A stretch of 64,000 bases of DNA. Origin: Isurus oxyrinchus (taxonomy: Eukaryota). The notes beneath the pieces are model-generated. The model was not told where the DNA came from and searched no databases. It worked only from the letters and a program-made list of their open reading frames with translations. Below, one piece after another: positions 26,360 through 38,779 of this stretch. The DNA is taken from assembly GCA_026770705.1 (NCBI GenBank), contig JANJGN010000021.1, forward strand, positions 90,148,001-90,212,000, written 5' to 3'. The stretch's first letter is position 1. Each line of letters starts with the position of its first letter. The position numbers and the translations under genes are program-made.

Positions 26360-26800
26360 TATCTAGGTGGATAGGCGGGTGAACTGTGAAAGTTAGCAGA
26401 TTCGTGGTTGAGTTGGTGGGTGAGGTGTGTGGTCGGGTATGTTGGTAAATTGGGGGAGGTGAGTAGGTCGGAAGGTGGGTAGATGGCTGAGTGTGTAGTC
26501 GAGACCTGGCTGTAATTCGGTGTTCGGTGGGGCAATCAGCTGGGGGCGATTTTCTGTCGGCTATGAAACAGTCAGGCTTGATCTGGGATAAGATTGTGAA
26601 GAAAGGGGCAGTTTGTTTGGGTCTGGGTTTAGTCGGGTGTTCGGGGATACTTGGATGTTCGGGAAGAAAATATAATGTCTGCACAGTTGTGCAGTTCTGG
26701 GGGTAGTTGAGTGCCCCGTGGTAATTGTTTGGCGAGGGCGTTGTTGGAGCAGTTATGGAGGAGTCGGGTGGTATTCCTGGTGGTCGTTGGTGCTTAATAT
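26360..26800. repeat. G/T-rich strand-skewed low-complexity tract
   Basis: Repeated ggtgg/gtcggg/ggtagt motifs, C-poor on +; similar tracts at 31580-31800, 46200-46900 and 47160-47830. Confidence 0.75.
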
Positions 26801-26832
26801 TTTTTAAAAATACCTTTGTTCACTGTCACTCG

Positions 26833-27619
26833 TATTGCAGACCGAGCTCTGAAGAGAATTAATTCTAGCCACACTTATCCACAGGATTATTATATAGCAA
26901 ACTAAAAATAAACTAGTATTAACATGCCGCAGTTTAGAAGTGTAACGATTTTCCAATAAAAAACAGTTATTTTAACTCACATAGATTCACACACAAACAC
27001 AAAACAGGACAAATCAAATGCAAAATCCTGCGAGGGCTGGAGTATGGGAACATCTTCTTTAAAGTTATAAAATTCAAAACCATCTCAACGTTATTGATCT
27101 TGCAGAATTCTGGTCACAGTAGATCTGGAAGCCTTTTCAGATGGACTTTTTTTTATTGAAACTGCCCTTGATGACATTTTTTTATCACAACTTTGTAGAC
27201 TTTCAAAACAGATGACCTTTGCTGATAAGACGTTTCTGAGGAAAATTTAACACAATGGTGGACCAGGAAAAGGGAAAGGCGGAACCCTTTTCTTACAGGC
27301 TGCTTCTAAGGCACACCCAAACTCTGTTAGTGAGCTTTGAAGACTAACGTTTAGAAAATAATTATTTTAGTGCAGGTGATTTTAACCAATTAGCATTTTT
27401 TAAGTCTGGAAGATCTTTGCTTACTTAGATGTAAAAATTGTCCCTTCCCTCTCCAGGTGTTCCCTACTGGACATCTAACGTGTCCCGTGGTTTCTTGAAG
27501 AGGCATATTCACAGCCTCGAAGTATTATCGCAAACCTTTAAATATAGCTCATGAGAGAGAAAGCTCAATATTGAAGGCCTTTCAGGTTTTCAAAAAAGCG
27601 GTTCCAGAAGCTCAGTACA
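26833..27619 (-). mobile_element. 3' LTR of Gmr1-like Gypsy element
   Basis: Homologous along its length to 31824-32761 (tttagaa.tgtaacga, gggctggagtatgg, gaaactgcccttg, aaggcacaccca). Confidence 0.8.
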
Positions 27620-30600
27620 CGTTCTGATCTTTTGATTTCTATATTATATTAACACCAATTCTTTCTGGATAACACATCGGGAATTGCATTATCTTTTCCA
27701 GCATTATGAACAACCTTCAAGTTATAAGGTTGGATCACCAAACTCCAACGACATAGCCTTGCATTCTGAGTCTTAAACTTTCGATAGGGACCAGGAATTA
27801 TTGTCAGTACATATTAGGGTTTCTCTACAGTCACGACGGAGCTGTATCTCAAAATGTTCTAGAGCCAGTGAGAATCCAAGGATTTCGTTTTCCATGATGG
27901 AATATATTTCTGGATGCCAAAATTACTTTTTAGAAAACTATCCTGGTGACGTTTCTATGCTTGATTTAGCTTCTTGTAATAAGACCTCACCCACCCCCAA
28001 GTCACTGTCATCGACTGCTAGCTTGGAGGGCTTGGTGACGTTTGTGGCAGCCAACACCGATTCATGAGTGAGAATTGCCTTCAGCCTCTCACTGTCTCCT
28101 TCATCCTCCACTCTCCTTACTATCTGACATGCCTGCTCATTCCTATCCTTCTCCCTTCGATGGTATGATTTTAACATGTTGAGCTGACATGGCGGATTAT
28201 TTTTCCTGCTATCTGGGTGTCTATCAAATGATTTACTTTACTAGGCTTCTTAACTACCTTGTACGGGCCACAGAACCGTGCATTCAGAGGGTCCTCTTGT
28301 AAAGCCAGTAAGAGTAACACATAATTCCCTAGCTGGAATATTCGGGTCTCAGTTTTTTTCTCTGCCAATCCCTTCATATTCGAGAAATGTTAAGATGTTC
28401 TTGAGCCACTTTTTAGGCTGACATGAGTGGTTCCTGGAACAAGGATACGTAATCTAGCATACAGTATCTGTCCGTCTGTCCTAAAAACTTTTCTCTGATT
28501 ACATTTGGAGGACCTCTTACCTCATATATATAGATTAATTCAAAACTGAGTTTGTCGGTAGCTTAATTTGGTGAACGCTCGGTGAAAAAATAAAAGAAAG
28601 TCCAGTTCTTTATCACAATCATGCAATATTCATGACGATATGATTTACTGAGTGTTTTGAGAGTTTGATGGTACCTCTCTGAAGCTCCCCCTGTCTGCTT
28701 ATGGTATGTCCTGGACATTAACGGTTTTACATCCTGAAAACTTGATATGTTTTGAAAACATGCGCATACAATTGGAACTTTGATCTGGCAGGGTCTCCAT
28801 TTATCTAGTAAAAAAATATGAGTTAACTACTCCACCACGACCTTCGCTGTAATCATTCTGAAAGGGAAATCGACTTGTCATAGCAATAATAGTAAGGATT
28901 TGCCGTTGTCCCGCTTTACTGGTTGGTAGCCCTCCCACACAGGCTGCTAACACTCTAGTAAATGTTTCTCCTAAAATCGGTCGGAAATAAATGTGCTAGT
29001 TTGATTGCATGTTGTGAATAGTCCCACCAACTGTTATATGTGGTATGTTTTACAAAGCTGCACCACATCCTTGTTAAGACCTACTCACTAGAAATCGTGA
29101 CTTAACATGTGCTTGGGTCTTTCAGATCCCTACATGAACAGCCACAGAATTTCATTACCTAGCCTTAATACATCCTGGCGCTATTTGGGTGGCACAACTA
29201 GCTGATGAAGCACAGTCCACTCTTCGTCAGAAGCTCTGTGAAGAGGTATCTACTTCTTTATCAGAATACAGCTTTAATATAACAGCTTTTTGGAACCCCT
29301 TCTGCTTCAGCTTCGATTTGAGCTGATTGTGTCATCTTACTTAACTCTGGATCGGCTTTTTGACACTCAATTACGAATGGTTTACTGACTATTTCCTTTG
29401 GATTGTCCAAACCTGCAAAGACATTTTCAGGAGCCAAATACCTGATTGTGGTGCAATTTTTACCTCCATCGATGGAACATCTATAGCCATTGCTTGGTCA
29501 CTACAAAAGAAGGAAAATTTCCTCCAAGGTTTTTCTGCAACTGCTCTGTCTCCTTCAATTCACATGACCTTTCCTTAACCATTGGAGAAACTACTGCTTT
29601 CGCTCTGGCGAAATCATTTCTGGGGAGTAGGTCAACTCCATCTACAGCCAAATTGCGAAACACTCCTAATTTTATAATTCCAGACATTAGGCCTTACTCC
29701 TGTGCACCAGATTCAAAAGTACGCTTGTAAACCGCCTTCCAATGTCATTCATCAAATGCGGGGCATTTGGTGAGCATTCTGGTGGAAAAGTCACGTCTTT
29801 CCTCAGCAAAGAGTTCAGGTATTCCCTCTCTAAATAATTGGTACTGCAAGTTGTCGTCCTTCATTTGAGGAATATTGAGATACTTTTGATAAGAATTCCC
29901 TGTAGCTTTCTGTATCTTTGTCAACCCCCGCCTCCACCAAGACACCCACTTCCACCCACTCTCCCTGCTCACCTCTCCTCCCCCACCATCACACGCACCA
30001 TACAGCCAGAGCATAGTTCACACTAGGATTCAGAGCTGAACTTAATATTAAAACTTACAACTAAAACAGTTTCTTTTTCTGTCACGACCCTTTTTCCAGA
30101 ATAATCTTTAGGTACGGCAATACATCGCATGGATATCACGAGCAACTTCAATCAATTTCCCCTAATGTGTCCCGCCTTGTTACAATGGAAAAACTTAGGC
30201 CTTCCTACGTAATCCACACCCTCAACCTTCCCGTCATGATCCGAGGAGGAGATTTCTGCACATTCCCAGTTGTCCCTTCTTTTCCCAAACTATTTGCCTT
30301 CTTTTCACCCTCCACTTTCTCTACTTCTCGAGTTTGTGGGGTTATGGAAAAAGGGTTTGGGTTCATGGACAAGCGTGTAATCAAAAGCCATCTCCGCTGC
30401 CTCTTTGGCCATTGTAACCTTCTGGTAATCCTCATGAGAACTACTGGAGGGAGTGATTTTTTAATTTCTCCAGGAGAATTATATCCCTAAGTGCATCATG
30501 CGTGATGTCTACCTTCAGTGCTCGTATCTAACGAGCAAGGTTAGTTTGCTTTGCCCTCTCAAACTCAGTGTAGGTGTTCCCAAGCCATTTCCTTATGTTT

Positions 30601-31438
30601 CGAGACTGTTACCCGTATGTTTCAAGGATAAACTGGTATGCACTAAGAATATTCTACTTTACTGCATCATAATCCTTACAATTCTACCAAAAGTGATGCA
30701 TAAACCTCACGAGTTCTAGTCACTAAGCAACTTTGCCAGATCAATTTTCAGTTTCATTTTGGCCACTTCATTTCGTTAACTAACATCTCAAATGAATAAT
30801 GCATCTGCAATTCTTTTTCAAGCTTTGGAAGTGGCGTATACATGTAAAACATCTCCCTACTGGAACTCTGTGTTAGGATAAGTTCTTCCATCTACAAAAC
30901 GATCCTCAACATCTGATAATGTTTTAAATTCTATCGTTTTTAAGCTAGTATTCCCCTTTTTGTCTCTTCTCTCTTGCATGAAATTCCCGTTTTTACTGCT
31001 TCAATGCTTTTCGCTTTCTGCTCTTTTCCATTCAGGTTTAAGGTTCTTAACTTCTTTCTTGTGTTCATGCTGCTTCATTTCCAACCGAATTCTAACTAAT
31101 TCAATTTACTCACCGCCTGGAGAATATGGTGTCTCTTGTATATCTTCCAATTTCAAATGCTGCACTCTTACTCAACTATGCCTGCTTTTCTCGCATCTTT
31201 GGATAATTCTAACTTGAATGTATCAGTCAATTCCCTTAGCTTAACGTTGGCTACTTTTTGTAAACCAGCCAAAGATGTCTTCCATCTTTAAAAAAGTCAT
31301 CACGACTTCTAAACCAACGTCCATTGCTAATAAATCAGAAACACAGTACCTGTCTTTTTATCCTTAAACAATTATTGATAAGCTGCATCCAATCACTCGT
31401 TGTTTATGGTTCCAATCCCATGAATTACACCCGTCTTA
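27620..31438 (-). mobile_element. Internal region of degraded Gmr1-like Ty3/Gypsy LTR retrotransposon: gag-protease-integrase-(RT deleted)-RNase H
   Basis: gag start about 31324; zinc knuckle FHCNKAGH about 30170-30200; DGVDLLPRND; integrase YHKQTGGASERYHQTLK about 28660-28715 and ARFCGPYKV; KPSKLAVDDSDLGVGEVLLQ; TQNARLCRWSLVIQPYNL..GKDNAIPDVLSR. Confidence 0.9.
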
Positions 31439-31578
31439 TGTAAAGGACCGGGGTGGGGTGAGTACTCAGTTAGTTGCAGCCTCATTTCTCCACATGGCAT
31501 AACCATAGTCTAACGGTTTAATTTACCCACAAAACTGGCCAGCTGTTACCTTTGATACAGTTATTCCCAGCAAAAAAT
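31439..31578 (-). mobile_element. Truncated 5' LTR adjoining the internal region
   Basis: tgtaaaggacc..actggccagctgttacctttgatacagttattcc matches the start of the LTR copy at 31824; degenerate tRNA-Pro-like PBS (reverse complement cgggtgtaattcatgggat) adjacent. Confidence 0.65.
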
Positions 31579-31823
31579 GAGGGCAGTCTGGTTGGACAGG
31601 GCGTACTCATGTGTTAGCGGTAGTCTGGTAGTTTAGGATGGAAAAATGCACGTCTGCACTGAATGATAGCTGGGTAATCGTGGGGGTAGTTGTATGCTCA
31701 GGTGGTAATATTCGTAAATGCATTGTTGCAACAGTTCCAGGAGCAGCCTGGTGGTTGGGGTGGTAGTCGAGACGGTCGGGGGTGGTTGATGTTTTGAGAA
31801 GTATCTTTGTGCACTGCCTCTTG

Positions 31824-32761
31824 TGTTACGGACAGAGATTGGAGGAGCACAGTTAATTCTATCCCCAATCTTCCACAGGCCGTAATAATAGTTTAAAAGT
31901 TTAATCCGCCCTCAGCACTGGCCAACTGTTACACTTTGATACAATTATTCCAAACACAAAAAAAATCTCACCAGGCTTCTTTCAGTAAGCACAAACAATT
32001 TTAATTTATTAAAATACAACATCTTTTTAAGTCAATGTTCAGGACCTGTTTAAAACACACGATTTAATTTAGAAATGTAACGAATTCCTTTTTTAAAAAC
32101 AAACAGTTATTCGAACCTCTCTACACCCCTGGTCAAACACAAAAGGGGGCAAATCAAACACAGTGCCCTGCAAGGGCTGGAGTATGGTAAAATTTCCTTT
32201 AAAAATATATAATTCGAAAAGGGACCAAGCCAGATAAGCTAACAGAATTTTGCTCAAATAGTTCTGGATGTTCTTTCAGATGGATTTGTTTGTTGAAACT
32301 GCCCTTGCTGGTTCTTATTTATAACAACATTTACAAAAAACAATTGAATTGTCCCAATGGGAAGGTTCTGAGGAAAGTTTAATGCAAAAGAGGGGCAGCA
32401 GAAGTTAAAGAGGATGGCTATTTCCTGCAGCCTGCTTTAAGGCACACCCACACCAACTCTGCCAGAGGGTTTTAAAGATGAACGTGTTCAGAGAAAACTG
32501 ATCTTAGTCCAAGTGTTCTCTTCAGCAAATCAGCAAGAGTCTTTAACATTGCAACAGCAGTTCCTTGCTAACTTAGAATTATAGTATATATTCCCTCGCC
32601 AGGCATTCCCGCTGGAGATCAATCTCCATACCTGGTTTCTTGAAGGATGGCATATTCATAACCTCAAATTAATGGTGAAAACTTTAAAAAAATAACTGAG
32701 GATAACGAATGTAAAAAAAAAAGCCATTGTCCTTATAATTTTACAAAACATGCTCCTCACA
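31824..32761 (-). mobile_element. Third, full-length LTR copy (TG...CA)
   Basis: Begins tgttacgg and ends ctcaca; homologous to 26833-27619. Confidence 0.8.
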
Positions 32762-32959
32762 CTTGCCATAGGCTATTCATAGTCTGGGGACCTCTGAATT
32801 CATCCTTTATTATCAAGGCTTAAGAGCAGAGGCAAATTTATCCATCACTTGGAACATGATATCAAGAGCCTGCAAATTATAATGATTGGGTGTTGTTAGT
32901 TGTGAGAGGACCAGCACCTGGAAGAGATAGGAGGTAATAATTAACACCTCAGCCTGCTA

Positions 32960-34075
32960 CTATGTACAGGGCGATGAACACCGGATGACTCAGGATGGCT
33001 TTGAGAGTTCCAATATCTGGTCAATTGAGATGAATGGAGATTTAGGCATAAAGTGAAAATTCTTCCAGGCTCGGTAGCACTACTACAGATCAAGGTGGCT
33101 GAGTACTAACGGATATAGCTGAAAGACTGGGTCTGTGGCAGTTAATGAGAGAACCAAAAAAAGGGGAAAACAGATCTGACCTCATCCTCACCAATCTGCC
33201 TGCCTTAGCTGCATCTTCCTAGATATCATCCGTAGGAGTGTTCACCACACAGTCTTCTCATTGATGATATTCTTCATCATGTTGTTTGGCGTTACCACCT
33301 TGCCACGTGGGATAGTTTTCGAAAAATACTAGCCACTGAAGACTGGGTTTCCTTGAGGCGAAGTGGGCCATCATCATCAGCAGCAGAATTGTACTCAACC
33401 ACATTCTGCAACCTCATGTCAAAGCATATCCCCCACTTCACCATTAACACTAAGAGCCCCTGGTTCAATGAAGAGTGCAGGATGACATGCCACGAGCAGC
33501 AATAGGCATACCAAAAAGTGTGGTGCAACCTGATTAAATTACAACTCAGGGCTACTTGCCTGCCAAACAGCATAAGCAGAATGCAGCAGACATGCAAACT
33601 CACAACAAATGGATCAGATTTAAATTCAGCAGGCCTGCCACATCCAGTTGTAAATGGTGGTGGACAATTGAACAACTCAGTGGAAGAGCAGGCTGTACAG
33701 ATGCCCTCATCCTCAGAGATGGGGAGTCCAGCACATCAGTGCAAAAGAGAAAGCTGAAGCATTTGCAATCATTTCACCCAGATGCTCCGAGTGGATGATC
33801 TATCTCAGCGTCCTCCGGAGGCCCCCAGCATTACCGCAAAGACCATGGGCCTTGATAATAACCCCGCAACAGTGCTGAAGCCTTGCAGCCCAGAACTAGC
33901 CCCGTCTCGACCAAAGCTGTTCCAGCACTTGTACAGAATTGCCATCTACTCAGCAATGTGGAAAAAATATTGCCCAGTTTTATTGTGCACCGCCCAACAA
34001 AGAGCTGACAAATCCAATCCAGCCAGTTACCGCTCGATCAGTCTACTCTAAATCATATGTGAAGTAATGAAAGAA
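32960..34075 (+). mobile_element. CR1/L2-group LINE internal fragment (endonuclease end to RT start)
   Basis: DLILTNLP, PWFNEEC, KWWWTIEQL, GLDNNPATVLKPCSPELA..NPASYRSISLL. Confidence 0.85.
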
Positions 34076-35688
34076 CGTTTCCCACCACTTCTAACTTGTT
34101 AGTACTGACTCTTTGATCCTTTGCTGTTGGGCTACAAAAGCAATACATCACTTGGCCTCACAGTGATGCATACAGGATCGCCGCTCTACCCTCGTGAGTA
34201 TCAGTTTCCTGTGACTATTGCATTTCTAGTTTTCTTTGCTCCCCGTGTGGTCATGCGACCAGTGTTCCTATGTGTGCGCTCTAGCCTACATTGCCTGAAG
34301 ACTCATCCAACTCACTGGTGTTAAGGACTGAATACGTGCGAGTGCTGCATTTTTGGACATTCATGCAACTTCTCCCTATTCATCCTACCATGTCATTGAA
34401 CTCTCATTGCCAAAGCTCTGAACAAATTTTGAAATACATAATTGAAGATACATTCCTCCACCTATACACCTGTAGCATCATCAGCTACCCCCGAACATTT
34501 GAAACATTCAGCAGAATCTTGACCAGAGGGAGATAGTTCTTTACACCCATGCTTTTCCAGGAAAGTTGAAACATCCTGGGCTTCACGTGGCACTGACTTT
34601 GCTTCCGAAGGAGCTCCATTTTTCATCCAATTGACTGAAGCGACTATTTGTTTGCTTTATATAATTTATGTAGTTTGCTTCATTTCATGTGGCATGTTGC
34701 CCGCCCTTTTCTTTTTTCTGTTATGCTGTTGTACGAGGCTTCAATATGGTAGTACCTTCTCTGTCTAGCAGTTAAATTTCACTCTTTCCAAATTGTAATC
34801 TCCGGTTATTGATTCGTTTTGAGCTTGGTTATGAGCTGATACTTTTTGTTCTGGAACTCTCTGCATCTTTGCGGAGAAACTTTCTAATATCTAGCTATCT
34901 GACATGGAGCAATTGCTTTCAGTAAATTTGGAGAATAGAAACAAAAAAATATATTTGACCTTGATGTAATACGGCTAAAATGATTATGAATCTAAGGAGA
35001 AAATGTACCTGAGATCTCAGGGGAAAGATCGTTTAATGGAGCTTTATTTGCAACGAGGATGTAGATCTTTTTGCTTCCACATCGACTGTTTTTTTCATTT
35101 CCCTTGGTAAGTCACTCATTGTGCAATTATTTGGATGTCTCTTGGTATCAACATTGATCTTGAACACTATTTTTTTAATGGACAAAGGGGTAGAGAACGG
35201 AGTCAAGATAGGAAGAAATGAGTTCCATGGCACAGGAATAGGCTGACAGGATCGGTCTACCTTTTTTTTACTGGACAAGGGAAGACTGAAAGGATCAAGA
35301 CAGGAATAAAGTATTTGAAACGTTTCTCTCCACAGATTATCATGGAGCTTCTGAGTTTTTCCAGCACTTTCTCTTTTTTTTACCTTAAACATATTCGTAT
35401 GGCATGCTTTATTCTGACGGACATGGTCGGTTCATCTAAAATAATTTCTAAATATATTTTGGTAACACTTACATTACTAAATTGGCGCAGGACTCCACAC
35501 TTTCGAGAAATCTCAAAGCTGAGTCAAGTAAATTTGCATAATTCAAGAAATGTCACGAGACTGTGGAAATGTATGTTTCGGTGTAGTATCGACTGTTTTT
35601 GCATATCTATAATTCAACTTCTTTACTTGCACTGTAATACCAAAACTTGAGAAAAGGCTAATATATTTTACTTATTCTATCACAACAG

Positions 35689-35715
35689 AAATCCAACAGA
35701 TAGATAAGACAAGAG
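35689..35715 (+). CDS. 27-nt phase-1 micro-exon ((E)IQQIDKTR)
   Basis: cttattctatcacaacag|AAATCCAACAGATAGATAAGACAAGAG|gtacgt. Confidence 0.8.
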
Positions 35716-37474
35716 GTACGTATTGAAGAAATTAAAAATATATAATATTGGTTATGTGCATGGCATTCAGTTTACAGTGTTGGTAAGACTGAAATATTCA
35801 GGGCGCTGACATTTCCGTTTTGAATGTAAAGAATAACCTCCAATTCACATTCACATCTCACTGTTAACAACAAACCTCTGGAAATATGCACTTTGAGGCG
35901 GTGTGCCGAGACAAAATCAGAGGAAATTTTAATATATGCTATTGAAATCTATAGGGCTATTTTTAAGCAAATGGTAATTGACTTAACAGGATCGTGTAAA
36001 GCAGTTGATAGCAAGACAACAGCCCCATGTACAGATCTTCGGATTTTGTTTTCAATTAAGTTAAAGAACTAGTGGGACATTAGCACAAACAGGCGATATT
36101 TCATTTCTCTGCCTGTATAAACCTACCGATTTTCCCCACCCAGGAACAGAAAAAAATGGCGTGATGTTTAATGTGCAGCTAAAACGTCCCATCGGAATGG
36201 ATTTTAGGCACACTCACCGAAATCTTCCTGGCCCCTTAGAGAGAAAATTGAATGCAGGGTGTGGGAGTAGGAAGACTTTGGAAAATCTTTTGACTCCTCG
36301 ATGCTGACCTGTGTTCAAGTGATGTCCAGAAGAATATCATGCCACAGGAACCATCATTAACTCTATCGTGGTGGGCAGCAAATCTATCTACTTATGGGTT
36401 TAATAAAAGGCCATGATTGCACAGATAGACCACTACAAACACGCGAAGCTACCCTTCTCCTTCACCGATTCCAGAGGCCAGTATTTAGTTGGAGGAGATC
36501 ATTTTAGAGGTCCTTTGGAGCCCTTTGCAATGATCAATTGGCAGGACGGCAGTGTTGAATTAGCTCCAGATGCGCCCGCAATCATTGCTGTGGAAGGTGT
36601 CCCATCATACCAACTTGGAAAACAAACAATGAGGGGCCTTTTAATTAGCCATCTTATTAAAGATCACAATGCTCTGCAGATATCAGACACCAGCAGGTTC
36701 GCAATTTGGCAATGCCCTTGAATCTCGATAACGTATTTTTATTTGGAAGTTGGTCTATGCCTCCCAGGTAAATTTGTTGGCGTGGGTTTGGGATTTTAGA
36801 ACTGAAGTCACAGGGCCGGTTCATTGAAGTGCTCCAGCCTCTTCGCATATTTCCTGGATGCAGGGACATTGCAGTGACAGCAATGCATCCCTGACATTGG
36901 ACAGAGTGTTGCGCCAGTCATTGGGTAAGCAGACTCTAATTTTGCCAGCGAAGGTCGTGCCTGCTCGACTTAGCTGCACCTTGCCAAGTTAGAAATGGTG
37001 CCTGTACAGTGACAGGTGAACCTTGCATTAGATGTGAATAAAACTGAAATTATCATGGAATAAAATGTCAAAACTGCTCTGTTCCCTTTTCACAAGCTGG
37101 GGGAGAGACATCTTTTATCACGGTGGTTGTCAACATCTCCCCTGATTCGAAAGGAACCTTCAGCACTTCATGTTGTTTTTGTTGCGGTGGGGTGGGATGG
37201 ATTCCAGGCACTATCTTGTGCTCCAATTTCTGCAACCCGGTTGGAATTCCTAACTGAATGGAGAACCCTGAATCAAACTGCTAATTAGTGTGATCATACG
37301 AGATAGAACAGCCGTGAAATGATCAGTGTATAGGCCCATTAATCATGATTTCACACAATTTTATAAATGTGAAATATTCCGACAATCATTTTCCCTCTAG
37401 GCTGATTTGCCTGAAGTAGTCAATCTGTAAGGGGGAATGTGACTCCCGATCTCACCAGTTTCATTCCATTTTAG

Positions 37475-37510
37475 AAATGGACAGATTGAAAGACAGGCTG
37501 AAAGAGGCAG
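37475..37510 (+). CDS. 36-nt phase-1 micro-exon ((E)MDRLKDRLKEA)
   Basis: tttcattccattttag|AAATGGACAGATTGAAAGACAGGCTGAAAGAGGCAG|gtgagt. Confidence 0.85.
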
Positions 37511-38779
37511 GTGAGTTCGCAACTTAGCATGATGCATTGGTTAACAGTTGTAAGTTTAATTAACTTACATCTCATATGGCTCAAGAGTGAAAGCTTAGCC
37601 TGATAAGGCAAAACGAATGACAGCAAGTGGACAGATGATTTTAAGATCTCTGGATATTTTTTTTTCCGTTTTTCAGCGAAGTCACTGACAATAGATCTAA
37701 AAGCCAGCATTCAAGTTCCACACGTTTCCCTTCTTGTTCGTAGGTGCAATCCCTGTTTGTCCTGCTGAAGCATATTGATGGATATTATCCTTTGCGTTTA
37801 TTGCACTTCCCTTGTCCACTCGAATATATTTCAGCCTTTACCTCTGCTGCGAAATGCAATTAGTTGAGAAGCACATGTGTGGAATGAGGAGAATGATTAA
37901 CTTTGGACACCATGAAATAAGGTTTCCAACTGCTCTTGCTTGGTTGTATTTACATAATCATCATTTCCATTTCCTCTATGAAGTCCTGCTCACCGTTAGA
38001 ATAGCTAAGTCTGGTAATGATACTGTCTCCTGGTGCAGTCGTGGCGTCCTATATATTGCAATATTGCCCCTCCCCCACCTCCCGCCGTTCCCAAAGAAAA
38101 GCAATGTGTTCTTTCGTGCTTTGCAATAATCATCATGTTCGCTCCCCATGATATAAAGACAGAGGGCACCAGCAAATATCCTTGCACGCTGGATCTGTTT
38201 CAAATGTTGTCATTGCATCATTTAGCCCACTATGTGACTTTGCCGAGCTCCCGTGTTGGGCGTCTGGGATGAGAACTCCTTCTTCATTTGGTGCCACCTT
38301 CGCACGTTGATCCACTTGGATCACACTGCTTATTATCTCTCATGGGAAACCTTCACATTTCTAGGCGCTTTATTCTTTCTGCCTTGCCTTCCCTTCGTGC
38401 TTTGATTAGTGTACGATTCTATCAATCCACTGTACCTCATGGACCTATTGATAGCATTCAATTCAAGTATTCAGTTCCACAAGTCGTTGCTTTTTTATCC
38501 TCGATATCTGATTTAATCGGTTGCAATTATATCACTGCAGCTTCATGTATACATCATTACTGGAACGAGATGAGTGGAATATATTTGCATGTGCTCTATC
38601 TGTGCTGAACTTATTTTGGTTCACTATATTCTCAGGAGACAGGCTATTTTTGACACCATTATTGGGGGGAGTATGTAAAAGGATCGCTCTTTCTTTTTGG
38701 ATTGAAGGGAAATGTCTAACCTCTTTTGGAACCATGCAGGCCAGCGAGATCAGTACGGTCTGCTAATCAAAAATATGAC

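Noticed and set aside
36100-37330. Possible MITE/Harbinger-like non-autonomous element (similar-looking segments at 22060-22620 and 25200-25830)
   Set aside because: Could not demonstrate terminal inverted repeats or a target duplication by eye
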